The notes: a model not told the origin generated them from the sequence alone. 64,000 nt of DNA from Candidatus Poribacteria bacterium (GCA_965208325.1 OZ242326.1:160001-224000); one strand, 5' to 3'. Counted from the stretch's first letter, positions 51,820-62,263 are shown. Numbers and translations are program-made.

Positions 51820-53190
51820 ATGATTTACTTACGCTTGATTTGCGCCGTATGCCTTCTTATTGGTGTAAATTTTACCGCTTTTGCCGATTATCGAATCGAG
51901 CCGGGGGATACCCTCCAAATTGTTGTCATCGGTCAAGCTGATTACTCTCAGACGGTAAAAGTCAGAGCGGACGGGATGATAAGCTACGTTGACGGCGATC
52001 TGCCGGTTTCCGGCAAGACGCCGGAGGAGGTTCGGCTGCAAATCTTGGAACACCTGCGTCAACAAAAGCAGCTTTTGAGTCCGAATATCATGGTTTCACC
52101 GCTGCCCGCGGAGGACGAAATTTTTGTCGGCGGTGCGGTTAACTTGCCAAACCGTTACCCGCTTCAGTTGCAGGATGAAATTGGGTTGGACCACGCCATC
52201 GCAATGGCGGGTGGCGCTGACGCCAAAGCAGATCTCACCCGCGTCCAAATATATCGCCAAGATGGCACCGTCGAGCAATATGACCGCTCTCTAGGGGCTG
52301 ATTATGAATACATCCTCGTCCGCGGAGGCGATTTGGTGCGCGTACTGGCGCAAGGCGTCGTTGATGTGCAGGGGCAGGTCAACAAACCCGGAAGAATCCT
52401 GATTCAGGATGGCATCCAAATTGGCGACGCACTCGCCCGCGCGGGCGGTCCTGATAATAGGGCGGACCTTTCCAAATTAGTCATTGTCAGACGCGGAAGC
52501 GAGCCAATCGAAGTCAACCGCGCTGAGCCGTTTTGGCGGAGTGCCAAGGAATCCGGCGGTAAGTATCTGCTGGTAGACGGTGACACGCTGTATGTCCCGC
52601 CGCGCGGCGTGGTCGAAGTGCAGGGTCAAGTCAACGTCCCGGGCAGTAGAATAGCGATTCGCGACCGAATTCGGGTAGCCGATGCCATCTCGCGGGCGGG
52701 AGGCGCAGATGATAGAGCCGACCTTTCCGAATTGGTTATCACCAGAACCGATGGCGAAAGGGTCGAAATTAGCATCCCAGATCGATTTTGGGAAGAACCC
52801 AGCGATGGCGAAACGGAGCACTATTTGTATGATGGAGATTCACTGTATGTTCCCAACGCCTATGAGGTCGAAACCATATATGTGCTCGGTTATGTACGTA
52901 ATCCCGGCGCCTACAAGATTCGCGATCCGATTACACCGGCGCAAGCCATCGCTCACGCTGGCGGAGAAGAGGCGGAGGCGAATCTCGGAGATATAGAAAT
53001 CATTCGAAAAGACGGAAGCGTCGAAAAAATCAATCTTAAAGAACACAAGAAACAGATGCAAGAAACCAAGATTTTACTGCATCCAGGCGACTCCATGCGG
53101 GTCAATAAGGGGTTTCAGATTAACTGGGGATTGGTTCTGAATTTCCTCTCGGTCACAACGGTCACAATAGGCCTCATCATCAGCAACTAA
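51820..53190 (+). CDS. Polysaccharide export protein (Poly_export plus four SLBB repeats)
   Basis: YRIEPGD, VRADGMIS; repeated GxVxxPG..A..AGG; C-terminal TM. Confidence 0.85.
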   Translation: MIYLRLICAVCLLIGVNFTAFADYRIEPGDTLQIVVIGQADYSQTVKVRADGMISYVDGDLPVSGKTPEEVRLQILEHLRQQKQLLSPNIMVSPLPAEDEIFVGGAVNLPNRYPLQLQDEIGLDHAIAMAGGADAKADLTRVQIYRQDGTVEQYDRSLGADYEYILVRGGDLVRVLAQGVVDVQGQVNKPGRILIQDGIQIGDALARAGGPDNRADLSKLVIVRRGSEPIEVNRAEPFWRSAKESGGKYLLVDGDTLYVPPRGVVEVQGQVNVPGSRIAIRDRIRVADAISRAGGADDRADLSELVITRTDGERVEISIPDRFWEEPSDGETEHYLYDGDSLYVPNAYEVETIYVLGYVRNPGAYKIRDPITPAQAIAHAGGEEAEANLGDIEIIRKDGSVEKINLKEHKKQMQETKILLHPGDSMRVNKGFQINWGLVLNFLSVTTVTIGLIISN

Positions 53191-53267
53191 TCTCGCCTTT
53201 CGTACATTCTCTTCGCCCAAGGTTTATTAAAAATTGGACGAAGAAAAGAGTCGCTCACATACTAATC

Positions 53268-55523
53268 ATGGACGACACACCAAATAAGCCACCTCGGTTT
53301 TCAGACAAACAATTCGCATTAACGCTCTCGGCAATTTTCTTGGTTGCCGGTGCAGTCGTCGCATGGAATCATGAGATGTGGCGTGATGAGATGCAAGCTT
53401 GGTTGATTGCGCGGGATGCGTCCTCCGTGTTTGAGCTTTTCAATATTCTAAAGAGATATGAAGGGCATCCTAGCGTATGGCACCTTGGGCTTTATGTGCT
53501 CCAGTTCTTCACCAGCTCGCCAATCATTATGCAACCCTATCATCTACTCATCGCCGCAACGACAATCTTTGTGTTTGCGAGGTATTCACCGTTCACGCGC
53601 TTGCAAAAGACACTCTTCGCGTTCGGTTATTTTCCCTTCTATGAGTATGCCATCATCTGTAGAAATTACGCAATCGGCATATTGCTGCTGTGTCTCTTCT
53701 GCACACTCTTCACCCGCTGGAAGAAAAAATTTCCGCTTGTCGGCTTAATTCTTTTTGTGCTCGCGCACACGAGCGTTCACGCCCTGATTATCGTCATATC
53801 CGTCGCCCTGCTCTTATTCTTGGAATTACTCGTCAACTCGGACCGTCCGAATCGAATGCACATCGGAATCGGCTTTGCATTGATTCTAACTGGAATAATC
53901 ACCGCCATCTACCAGATCGCGCCCGCCGCGGACCAAGGCACGCGCCCCGGATGGACGACAAATTTCGACTGGCATCACCTGCAGAACACCTTAAATTTAA
54001 TTCCAAGGGCTTTTTACGCTATACCCCGCTCTATGCTGCACTTTTGGAATACCAATTTCTTAGATCCAATTCCGTCGTCAGCCCAGGTAAAACTTGCCCT
54101 GTCGCTGCTCACATTGCTTTTCCTCTTTTTACTGTTACTCCGAAAGCCGACGGTGCTCATGATGTATCTATGCGGGACAACCGGGTTGTTAGCGTTCTTT
54201 TATACCAAATATTTCGGTTCGGTGCGGCATCACGGCTTCCTTTTTATGCTGTTTATCGCCGCCGTATGGATATCGCATTATAGCTATGAAGCCAAACGGC
54301 TGCCGAATGCGTTGAAGGCAACCAGTTGGGGGTTGGCGAAGGCGTTCAATATTATATTCGTGTGCATCCTCATCGTTCATTGCGTTGGCGGCGTTACTGC
54401 AGCCAGGCTTGAGTTAATCTATCCCTTCTCCAACGGCAAGGCTGTCGCTGAATTCATCATTGATGAAGAGCTGGATGACATGTTAATCGCAGGCGTCGCT
54501 CCAGACGATCTGACACTGGAAGTTCTCGGATATCTGGAGAAGGACGAGTTTTACTATCCCCGCAGCGGGCGGTTTGGTTCTTTTGGCGTCTGGGACATGG
54601 CATGGCGGAACGGGAGAAGCCTACAAATCGGCGATGTGTTGCGAAGAGTTCAGCAGTTAGCGGAGGAAAGGGGCGAGGATATCTTACTCGTCTCGGCTCG
54701 TCCGCTGCCCGATGACATGCAGCGCAGTATTCCGAAAGTTTCGGCGCCCTTGGAGATTGGCAGAGCTGAAGCAGCCCACTATTTCGTAGGAGGTATAGAT
54801 GAAGTTTTCATGGCACAAAGGGCTCTCTCGCAGGAGGAAATCGACGCCCACTATAACGGGGGTGTAGCCGCCATTGCGGCGGCAAAACCGGAGGTCATTC
54901 TGGCGATGCGATTTGAAGAAGGCGAAGGGTCAGTAACCAAAGACCACTCGCCGCACGGCAATCACGGCGCACTGCATGGAGGCGCGAACTGGAGCAAAGG
55001 CAAGTTTGGCGGCGCACTCACCTTGAATGGAACCGGTTGGGTGGAAATCGGAAACAACCCGCAGCTAGAGTTAAAACACACAGATTTTACGATTGCACTG
55101 TGGGCAAAATTTGCGTCGATTGGCGTACACGGACTAATCGGAAAATCTGAGGGTCCCGGTGAACGGAACAAGTGGTGGCTCATGAACCGTCCTTCGGCGT
55201 CGCCGGGCGGCGAGATTTCGTTTCACCTCAATTGGCCCCACAGGCCGGGAATCTGGATCGGAACACCTCGGCATGCCGAGACTAATCAATGGCATCAGAT
55301 TGTGCTCGTCAAGAGCGGTAACAATTACAACTTCTATGTCGATGGTCAACTGATTGCCGCTATTCCGGACCCCTTGGTGCATTCGCCGCCTCCGGGATAT
55401 AAACTCACGGAAATTAAGCGATTTGGCCCCGCGGTAATCGGCGGAGAGGTGCCGCAATACTGCGTGTACCGATTGTCATTACCTGATAGACAAGAGAATA
55501 AAAAGGTAGGCAACAGTGAATAG
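53268..55523 (+). CDS. GT-C-like polytopic membrane protein with inserted LamG domain
   Basis: HEMWRDEMQAWLIA, YEGHP, YEYAIICRNY and RHHG motifs; LamG motifs at about 54740-55370. Confidence 0.65.
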   Translation: MDDTPNKPPRFSDKQFALTLSAIFLVAGAVVAWNHEMWRDEMQAWLIARDASSVFELFNILKRYEGHPSVWHLGLYVLQFFTSSPIIMQPYHLLIAATTIFVFARYSPFTRLQKTLFAFGYFPFYEYAIICRNYAIGILLLCLFCTLFTRWKKKFPLVGLILFVLAHTSVHALIIVISVALLLFLELLVNSDRPNRMHIGIGFALILTGIITAIYQIAPAADQGTRPGWTTNFDWHHLQNTLNLIPRAFYAIPRSMLHFWNTNFLDPIPSSAQVKLALSLLTLLFLFLLLLRKPTVLMMYLCGTTGLLAFFYTKYFGSVRHHGFLFMLFIAAVWISHYSYEAKRLPNALKATSWGLAKAFNIIFVCILIVHCVGGVTAARLELIYPFSNGKAVAEFIIDEELDDMLIAGVAPDDLTLEVLGYLEKDEFYYPRSGRFGSFGVWDMAWRNGRSLQIGDVLRRVQQLAEERGEDILLVSARPLPDDMQRSIPKVSAPLEIGRAEAAHYFVGGIDEVFMAQRALSQEEIDAHYNGGVAAIAAAKPEVILAMRFEEGEGSVTKDHSPHGNHGALHGGANWSKGKFGGALTLNGTGWVEIGNNPQLELKHTDFTIALWAKFASIGVHGLIGKSEGPGERNKWWLMNRPSASPGGEISFHLNWPHRPGIWIGTPRHAETNQWHQIVLVKSGNNYNFYVDGQLIAAIPDPLVHSPPPGYKLTEIKRFGPAVIGGEVPQYCVYRLSLPDRQENKKVGNSE

Positions 55524-55696
55524 TTGAATCGGAAGAAGGGCGGCACGGTCGGTGCGGATTCCAATCGCACCGACGGACTGGGTACATAGCGTTCGGTTAG
55601 GAAACCGACTCTACCGCAGCGAATAAATGATTATGGGATTTACAAACGACGACAGGAAATGAGCGAATTGGCGGGGAGAACTTTGGCGGGTGCCGT

Positions 55697-55984
55697 TTAC
55701 TTTCGGAATCGAATCTCGCCGTGAACTTCGACCGAGTCCACGATTGCCATGATGACCGCGTCAACCGGTTTGTCTTGGGTCGTGTTTGTCTGGCGCGCAG
55801 AGCTGCCGGCGGCGGTAAGAACAGTTTCGCCGATGCCGGCGCCAACCGAATCAACAGCTACAGTATAGCGGCTGAGTAAATTGCCGTCAAGATTCGACTC
55901 TTGGACAATCAATAACTTGCTGCCGACTAATTTTTCATCTTTTCGTGTCGCAACCACCGTACCCACGACTTTACCGAGCGTCAT
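55697..55984 (-). CDS. EutN/CcmL microcompartment vertex protein
   Basis: GKVVGTVVATRK, AVDSVGAGIGE, GSSAR and VDAVIMAIVD motifs. Confidence 0.93.
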   Translation of the reverse strand: MTLGKVVGTVVATRKDEKLVGSKLLIVQESNLDGNLLSRYTVAVDSVGAGIGETVLTAAGSSARQTNTTQDKPVDAVIMAIVDSVEVHGEIRFRK

Positions 55985-56232
55985 CCGAAAAATTCCTTCA
56001 CTGCTAGTTGCGTCCGTCCACAGATTTTTAAGGCAATACTACTTGAGTATGTTATACTGAATGCGCTTAAAAGTCAAGTCTTATTATCACGTTACTCTTT
56101 GCTAAATAACCCAATTTCCGCTGCGCAAATTACAACCCACTTGCTGCCGAAACCGGGATGCAGTTAACGCTTGAAAACATAGGTTTACGTATAATTTCGC
56201 ACCAAAAACACTTTACGTCAATAGGAGTTCTA

Positions 56233-57222
56233 ATGCAAAAACATACAGGCGTCATTTGTGGAATGTTGATATTTTTGATTGCACTTACAAGCTGGGGCGA
56301 TGGTACAGGTAAATTCAAAGTGGCGTTGCTCACACCGGGATCCATCAGCGACGCCGGTTGGAATGCGCTAGCATACGACGGCCTCAAACTTATTGAAACG
56401 GAGCTTGGCGCAGAAGTGAGTCACGTCGAAAGCAGAACACCTTCTGAATGGGAGGAACACTTCCGATTTTACGCCGAAAAGGGTTTCAATCTCGTCATCG
56501 GACACGGATTTGAGTATCAGGAAGCCGCGAAGGCGGTTTCCCCCGATTTCCCGAACGCCGTATTTGTCACAACTTCGGGCAGTACGGTTATGAAAAATGT
56601 CGCATCAATTGTCTTCGAGCTTGAGGAGGCGACCTATCTCTTGGGTATCATTTCCGGGATGATGACGCAAACTGGCAAAATTGGGCTGGTTGGAGGCATG
56701 AATATCCCGCCCATTAAGAGCACCTTTCTTGCGTTCGAGGAAGGAGCGAAATCCGTGAATCCCAACATTAAAATCTCTCGCTCTTATGTAGGCGATTGGG
56801 AAAATATAAGCAAGGCAAAGGAGTTAGCGCTGTCTCAAATTGCGGAAGGCACCGACTTCATCTTCCATAACGCCGACGCTGCCGGGCAGGGTGTTTTCCA
56901 CGCCGTCGAAGAGAGCCGCAAAGCAGGTAAGGACATCTACGCTTACGGCTCTAACCGCAATCAGAACCACATCGCTCCGGACGCGATTCTTGCAAGCGCT
57001 GTCATTGATACGAAGGTTTTTGTTCACGTCGCAAATCTTGTCAAAACCGGCAAATTCGAACCCAAGGTTATGCGCCTCGGCATGGCTGAAGATGAGATGG
57101 TGAAACTCGTTTACAATCCGGAGCTAAAAGATCGCGTGCCAAAAACCGTTATTGACAAAGTTGAGGAAACCCGGCAATTGATTCTTGCCGGAACATTCAA
57201 AGCGCCTAGGGTGAAGTTTTAG
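56233..57222 (+). CDS. BMP family ABC substrate-binding protein
   Basis: PGSISDAGWNA, GHGFEY and AKELALSQI motifs; ATG after AGGAG. Confidence 0.88.
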   Translation: MQKHTGVICGMLIFLIALTSWGDGTGKFKVALLTPGSISDAGWNALAYDGLKLIETELGAEVSHVESRTPSEWEEHFRFYAEKGFNLVIGHGFEYQEAAKAVSPDFPNAVFVTTSGSTVMKNVASIVFELEEATYLLGIISGMMTQTGKIGLVGGMNIPPIKSTFLAFEEGAKSVNPNIKISRSYVGDWENISKAKELALSQIAEGTDFIFHNADAAGQGVFHAVEESRKAGKDIYAYGSNRNQNHIAPDAILASAVIDTKVFVHVANLVKTGKFEPKVMRLGMAEDEMVKLVYNPELKDRVPKTVIDKVEETRQLILAGTFKAPRVKF

Positions 57223-57295
57223 TTAAGTGTCGCGTCCAAAAATTGGTTTTGCCCCCTTCCATCCGCTCCATTAGTCAATGAAAATCCGTGCGTCA

Positions 57296-58249
57296 TTAGA
57301 ATCCAAGCTGTTTGTCCACGATATTCTTCAAGGGTTCACCGTTCAGGTAACGCTTTAGGTTTTCGCAAAAGAACTCCGCGGCGCGGCGTACGCGGTGCTG
57401 CGACCTACCCGCTACATGCGGGGTAAGAAGTACGCTGTCCATATCCCACAGCGGGCTGTCATTTGGCAACGGCTCCACTTCAGTTACATCCAACCCTGCG
57501 CCGGCAATCTTCCCCGCCTTGAGCGCCTCAATGAGTGCGGGCTCGTCAACAATCTTGCCGCGGGCGACATTGATAAGATAGGCGGTCGGCTTCATCAGCG
57601 CTAAGTTGTCCGCATTGATAAGGTGATAGGTCTCCTCGGTGAGCGGGCAAGCTATCATCACTACATCTGAGCGGCGCATCAACTCTGAGAGCTGGCCAAT
57701 CGGCATCAATTCATCGACAAAATCCGGCTTATCCTGCCGGTATGCATCTACTGCAATGATACGCATGTCAAATCCTATGCCGCGTTTCGCCATATGTATT
57801 CCAAATCCACCCAATCCAATGATACCGAGCGTTAATCCGCCAATCTCAATCAATTGATTTGGCTTACGCCATTCATGTTTGGTGTGGTTGACGGCGGCGC
57901 CCTTCACGTCGCGCGTTAGACCGAGCAATAGCGCGTACGCATGCTCTGCCGCGTGCGATCCATACACGCCCGCCACGCTTGTCAAGACAACCTCACTATT
58001 TTTTAACGCAGGATACAGTTGAGCGTCCATCCCAGCGCTGTGGCTCTGAATCCATTTGAGTCGTGTCAAATAGGAGAAAGTCTCTTCAAGACAGTTTCCG
58101 AAATAAACCTGCGCGTCCCCGCCCGTTTCGATAATCTCTTCTTGTGAACGTGGAAAGACAACAGTATGCTCTTCGCCGGCTGCCTCGCGGATGAGTTGGT
58201 GCAGCCGCTCGTTTAACACGTACACGCTAACATCAACAAGAATCTTCAT
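57296..58249 (-). CDS. D-2-hydroxyacid dehydrogenase
   Basis: GLGGFG, INVARG, DV..EPL and TPHVAG motifs. Confidence 0.92.
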   Translation of the reverse strand: MKILVDVSVYVLNERLHQLIREAAGEEHTVVFPRSQEEIIETGGDAQVYFGNCLEETFSYLTRLKWIQSHSAGMDAQLYPALKNSEVVLTSVAGVYGSHAAEHAYALLLGLTRDVKGAAVNHTKHEWRKPNQLIEIGGLTLGIIGLGGFGIHMAKRGIGFDMRIIAVDAYRQDKPDFVDELMPIGQLSELMRRSDVVMIACPLTEETYHLINADNLALMKPTAYLINVARGKIVDEPALIEALKAGKIAGAGLDVTEVEPLPNDSPLWDMDSVLLTPHVAGRSQHRVRRAAEFFCENLKRYLNGEPLKNIVDKQLGF

Positions 58250-58725
58250 TCAGTTTAGTTCCTTTCAAAAATCAAAAACTCCTAAAACCTTGGCAATCAT
58301 AGCCATTGCTGCCGGTGCTAACTTCACGCCCAAATCTGCGATTGAGGGAATTGCGTGGTTGCGTTGCCGACCGCATCTCGTCGCAAACGAACACGATATT
58401 CCAAAAATTGAACTTTATGATAGCCGACCGATTCTATCACAAGCGCACGAATCCGTCAAGTCGTGAAACCACCCGCATTACCTGGCAACGAACCTGTCTA
58501 TTTAAAGGGATTAACGCATTTTTGCAAGGGTCAAGTTCAGTGCAGACTCTCTCGTTCCTTAGCTCCTTCGCCCCGGCGGCGCGGAAGGTAACTTGAAACT
58601 GAGTTTTTTCTTGAAAACTCAGTTTCTTTAACAGTGTCTAAATTGCCGCCGTGACTGATAAAGGATATTTGGATTTCCGCCTGCATCAAAGAGTGTAATT
58701 TCCAAGTGTGTTACTACGGTTTTCA

Positions 58726-58755
58726 TTGCTAATTCACCCGGCATAGAGATATAAT
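58726..58755 (+). promoter_or_regulatory. sigma70 promoter for the LamG gene
   Basis: TTGCTA-N18-TATAAT. Confidence 0.5.
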
Positions 58756-58888
58756 AAGAACCCTTGAGAGTTGAAAAATTTAACCGTTCCTCCTTCTCAC
58801 CTACGATGGAAAACGGTAGGAGTCAAGAAACTCCCTTTTAATTTTACAAAATTGGAATTGCTGTATTAACTCATGGGAGATGACATAA

Positions 58889-59689
58889 ATGAACCCCCCA
58901 ACTAACATTCATGCATTTATCAGCGTTGCTATCCTAATTGGCTTGATTCTCTCGGCACCCGGCTATGCCGCTATCGACCCCGATACCGCGGTGGCGGTCT
59001 GGCTCTTTAACGAGGGCGAGGGGAATGAAGTCAAGGACGAGACAGATAACCCTGCAAACCTGACGGGAGTGTTAAAGGGCAGGGAAATTACGTGGATAAA
59101 AGGTGTGTACGGTAACGCGGTAAACCTCGGAGTAGATGGCGATGTCGTAGCCGTTTCCGCGGCTTTCGGCGACGCAGCCGCTCCCACAGAAGAGATTACA
59201 ATCGTGGCATGGATTCGTTGGAATCCAAAAACCAACACCGACCTCTTTTTCTTCGTACCGCCTGAACCTTGGGATAACCGAATTGCAGTGCATTTCCCGT
59301 GGGGTGCGGACGGTATTGCATGGCAGTTTGGCAGGCCAATGGCAAACCTAAACGCCCCGATGCCAAAAAACTTTGAGGATGATTGGCATCACGTGGCGTT
59401 TACCGGCTCCGGTAAGAATATGGCGATTTGGATTGATGGCAAGATCGTCGCCGACAGGGCCGGCGTGACTCCCTTCGTACGCGGAAACAACCGCGCTTGG
59501 CATATCGGCGGTCGAGCTGGCACCACTTTCGAGGGCGGGGTTGACGAGGTGGCGGTTTTTAATGTGGTCTTGACCCAAGCAGATATCAAAGCAATAAAAG
59601 ATAGGGGACTCAGTCATGCCGTCGGATTAGCCGTCGATCCATCAGGCAAACTCACGACAGCTTGGGGCAACATTAAAACACGCGATTAA
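58889..59689 (+). CDS. Secreted LamG-like jellyroll protein with short C-terminal motif
   Basis: WLFNEGEG, WHHVAF, IDG and FEGGVDEV motifs; AVDPSGKLTTAWGNIK tail. Confidence 0.88.
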   Translation: MNPPTNIHAFISVAILIGLILSAPGYAAIDPDTAVAVWLFNEGEGNEVKDETDNPANLTGVLKGREITWIKGVYGNAVNLGVDGDVVAVSAAFGDAAAPTEEITIVAWIRWNPKTNTDLFFFVPPEPWDNRIAVHFPWGADGIAWQFGRPMANLNAPMPKNFEDDWHHVAFTGSGKNMAIWIDGKIVADRAGVTPFVRGNNRAWHIGGRAGTTFEGGVDEVAVFNVVLTQADIKAIKDRGLSHAVGLAVDPSGKLTTAWGNIKTRD

Positions 59690-59799
59690 CCGTGCGAAAA
59701 TCTTCTATGATGACGGATGGATTCGTGCGAAAACCAGACAGAATAGACATACGCCTAAAACTCATGCCATGTTCGTTCTAGCTGCAGCAACATCATAAT

Positions 59800-60567
59800 A
59801 TGGACGTATTTGACGCAATCGCCCGGCGCAGGAGCTGTCGCAGAGAGTTTCGGAAGGAACCCATCGCTCAATCCGATGTGGATAGGCTCATTGAAGCCGC
59901 GCGGTGGGCGCCATCCCCGTTTAATGTCCAACCGTGGGAGTTGCTCATAATCCGAGAAACGCAGGGCAAAAATGCGATCGCCGACCTTACCGAACGGTGC
60001 ATCATTGAGCAGTTCAAGGATGCGAAGTTTCTTGATGACAACAGCCGCTGGATGCGCTTGACGGAGGAAGAGTGGCATGCACACGGCGACGGAATTCTGC
60101 TCGCAGATCATGTTGACCTGCCGCCAATCTTACTGGAAGATCCAAAAAAACTCGCGCCGCTCCTCAAGAATGCAAAACACTTGAGCGTCTTGGGGCATCT
60201 GGGCGCAGGGCGAAAACCTGCGGAAACAATCTCCAACCTCATTCGAAACTCCCCCCTGTTAATGCTGGTATTGATGGATTGCCGAAAACGTCCGCCGGGG
60301 GACGGCGGGCGGCGCTGGATGTCGCTGAGCATGGGAGCCATGATTCAAAACCTACTGTTAGCCGCGGCAGCGCTTGAAATTGGCACACAGTTCATCAGCG
60401 CACCCCTGGAACGTCACGGGGATTGCGAACAGATTCGCCAGATTTTCAACATTCCTTCCAACTACGAAGTCGTCAGCCTATTGCGGCTGGGATATGCGGA
60501 GTCAATGCCTGCAAAGTCCGTACGTTTGGGTGCATCCGCATTTGTTAAACATGAAAAATTCAAGTGA
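59800..60567 (+). CDS. Nitroreductase family protein with central insertion
   Basis: RRSCR, WAPSPFNVQPW and GAMIQNLLLAA motifs. Confidence 0.85.
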   Translation: MDVFDAIARRRSCRREFRKEPIAQSDVDRLIEAARWAPSPFNVQPWELLIIRETQGKNAIADLTERCIIEQFKDAKFLDDNSRWMRLTEEEWHAHGDGILLADHVDLPPILLEDPKKLAPLLKNAKHLSVLGHLGAGRKPAETISNLIRNSPLLMLVLMDCRKRPPGDGGRRWMSLSMGAMIQNLLLAAAALEIGTQFISAPLERHGDCEQIRQIFNIPSNYEVVSLLRLGYAESMPAKSVRLGASAFVKHEKFK

Positions 60568-60582
60568 AAGGTAGAAACAAGC

Positions 60583-60984
60583 TTGAAAGATTCAATAAAT
60601 CACGCGCAATCAACGCAATCCGCAGAAGCACAGACGTCCGAATCCGCTCAGGGTTTTGAACCGGAAAAACACGAAATCTCGGTTCATGAGCTCAAGCAGA
60701 AACGCGATCGGAATGAGCCGATTGTGTTGCTTGATGTTCGCGAGCAGGACGAGTATGACATTGTCCATTTTGAAGACGCGCTTTTAATCCCCGTGAACGA
60801 GTTGCCCCAGCAGGCGCATCGGCTTGGTAGAGACAGCGAAATCGTCATCCATTGCCATACAGGGATGCGAAGCATGTACGCGGCTGCCTACTTATATCAA
60901 CTCGGTTATCAGAACGTTAAGAGTTTAACCGGTGGGATTGATCAATGGGCGATTGAGATTGATTCGACGCTGAATCGCTACTGA
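60583..60984 (+). CDS. Single-domain rhodanese
   Basis: LLDVRE, CHTGMRS and GGIDQW motifs. Confidence 0.88.
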   Translation: MKDSINHAQSTQSAEAQTSESAQGFEPEKHEISVHELKQKRDRNEPIVLLDVREQDEYDIVHFEDALLIPVNELPQQAHRLGRDSEIVIHCHTGMRSMYAAAYLYQLGYQNVKSLTGGIDQWAIEIDSTLNRY

Positions 60985-61033
60985 ACCGCGTGGCGCCCGG
61001 CACGCATCGCCGCATTCGTCAAATGCGTTGAAT

Positions 61034-62263
61034 CTACGCTGCTTGCGCGTCATAACATACCTTCCCGCCGACTACAGTTAGCAGATTACAAGCGGATTCA
61101 TCAAAAATCTGCGTTACGGCCGATTGCCCGCTGTTCGGAAGTTCGATGGCGGTAAAGTCTGCCTGCCACCCTTTTTCTAACTTCCCGACGTGATTCAATC
61201 GAAGCCCGCGTCCGCCGTTAATTGTCGCCATGTCTAGAAGCGTTTCTGGTGGAAGGCATTCCCACGCTTTGCGCAAGAATCTAAGTTCATCAAGCATGCT
61301 TAAGGACCAGTTACTGGCGAGGCTGTCTGTTCCAATAGCCACGTTTACACCGGCTGCAAGCAGCCGCAAAAGCGGGTGATTGGTATGGTAAAAGTAGTGA
61401 TGGCTGCGTGGGCAAAATACAACTGACGCACCGCTGGCCGCAAGCGTCTGAATGTCTTCATCTGTCAGGTAGTTACAATGCGCTAAAAGCGGACGCGTTT
61501 CTAACACGCCAAGTGCCTTCATGTGCTGCACCGGCGTCAGATTCGGCGGCACCCAGTCTGCCATTGGAATCTGTAAAGCCTTGAGCAAGTCAGCGAATGC
61601 ACCCATCCCTGACGCCAAAAACTCAATCTCCAATTCGGTTTCTGACAAATGTGTGCACAACGGTAATTGGCGAGATAACGCGAATTCACAACAGTGTCGG
61701 TAAAGGGAGTCAGCCGTTGAATACGGGGCGTGGGGCGACACACCGTACGTTAGGAGAGCATCCGGCTCTGGCGCAGTTTCGAGATGTGAATTAATCCGCC
61801 GAACTCCAATCTGCGACCGTTCCGGTGAAAATCCCGTCGTTTCGAAAAACACCACTTTGCGGATGGGCGCGTCTTTGAGGGTTTGTACAGATTTTCCAAA
61901 TCCATGAATGTCGCCAACGGTAGTTGTTCCTCCAGCTAAACTCAATTGCACGCCGCTTTGGACTGCACTATCAACCCATGCCTTGTCCGACTGCTGATTG
62001 CGAACAATCTGCAGCAGCCAATCCGTAAGCTGCGGCGTCCGGTCAACAAACGCACCGTGGTTAGTCAACTCAAGATGGGTGTGGCTGTTTACCAATCCCG
62101 GGAGGATGGTTGCCTCGCCCAAATCTCGTATTGGACCTGCCCCCGCGCGTCGAAGTGTTGAATACCGGCCAACATCCACAATCTTCGACCCATGAATCGC
62201 AACCGCGCCGTTGTCGATAATCTGGCGGCTATTGGGAAGGATAAACTTCGCACGGAAAATCAC
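61034..62263 (-). CDS. Metal-dependent amidohydrolase/deaminase (SsnA-like; possibly aminofutalosine deaminase-like)
   Basis: HTHLE, SPHAPYS, HLSE and GTDSLASN motifs. Confidence 0.82.
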   Translation of the reverse strand: MIFRAKFILPNSRQIIDNGAVAIHGSKIVDVGRYSTLRRAGAGPIRDLGEATILPGLVNSHTHLELTNHGAFVDRTPQLTDWLLQIVRNQQSDKAWVDSAVQSGVQLSLAGGTTTVGDIHGFGKSVQTLKDAPIRKVVFFETTGFSPERSQIGVRRINSHLETAPEPDALLTYGVSPHAPYSTADSLYRHCCEFALSRQLPLCTHLSETELEIEFLASGMGAFADLLKALQIPMADWVPPNLTPVQHMKALGVLETRPLLAHCNYLTDEDIQTLAASGASVVFCPRSHHYFYHTNHPLLRLLAAGVNVAIGTDSLASNWSLSMLDELRFLRKAWECLPPETLLDMATINGGRGLRLNHVGKLEKGWQADFTAIELPNSGQSAVTQIFDESACNLLTVVGGKVCYDAQAA

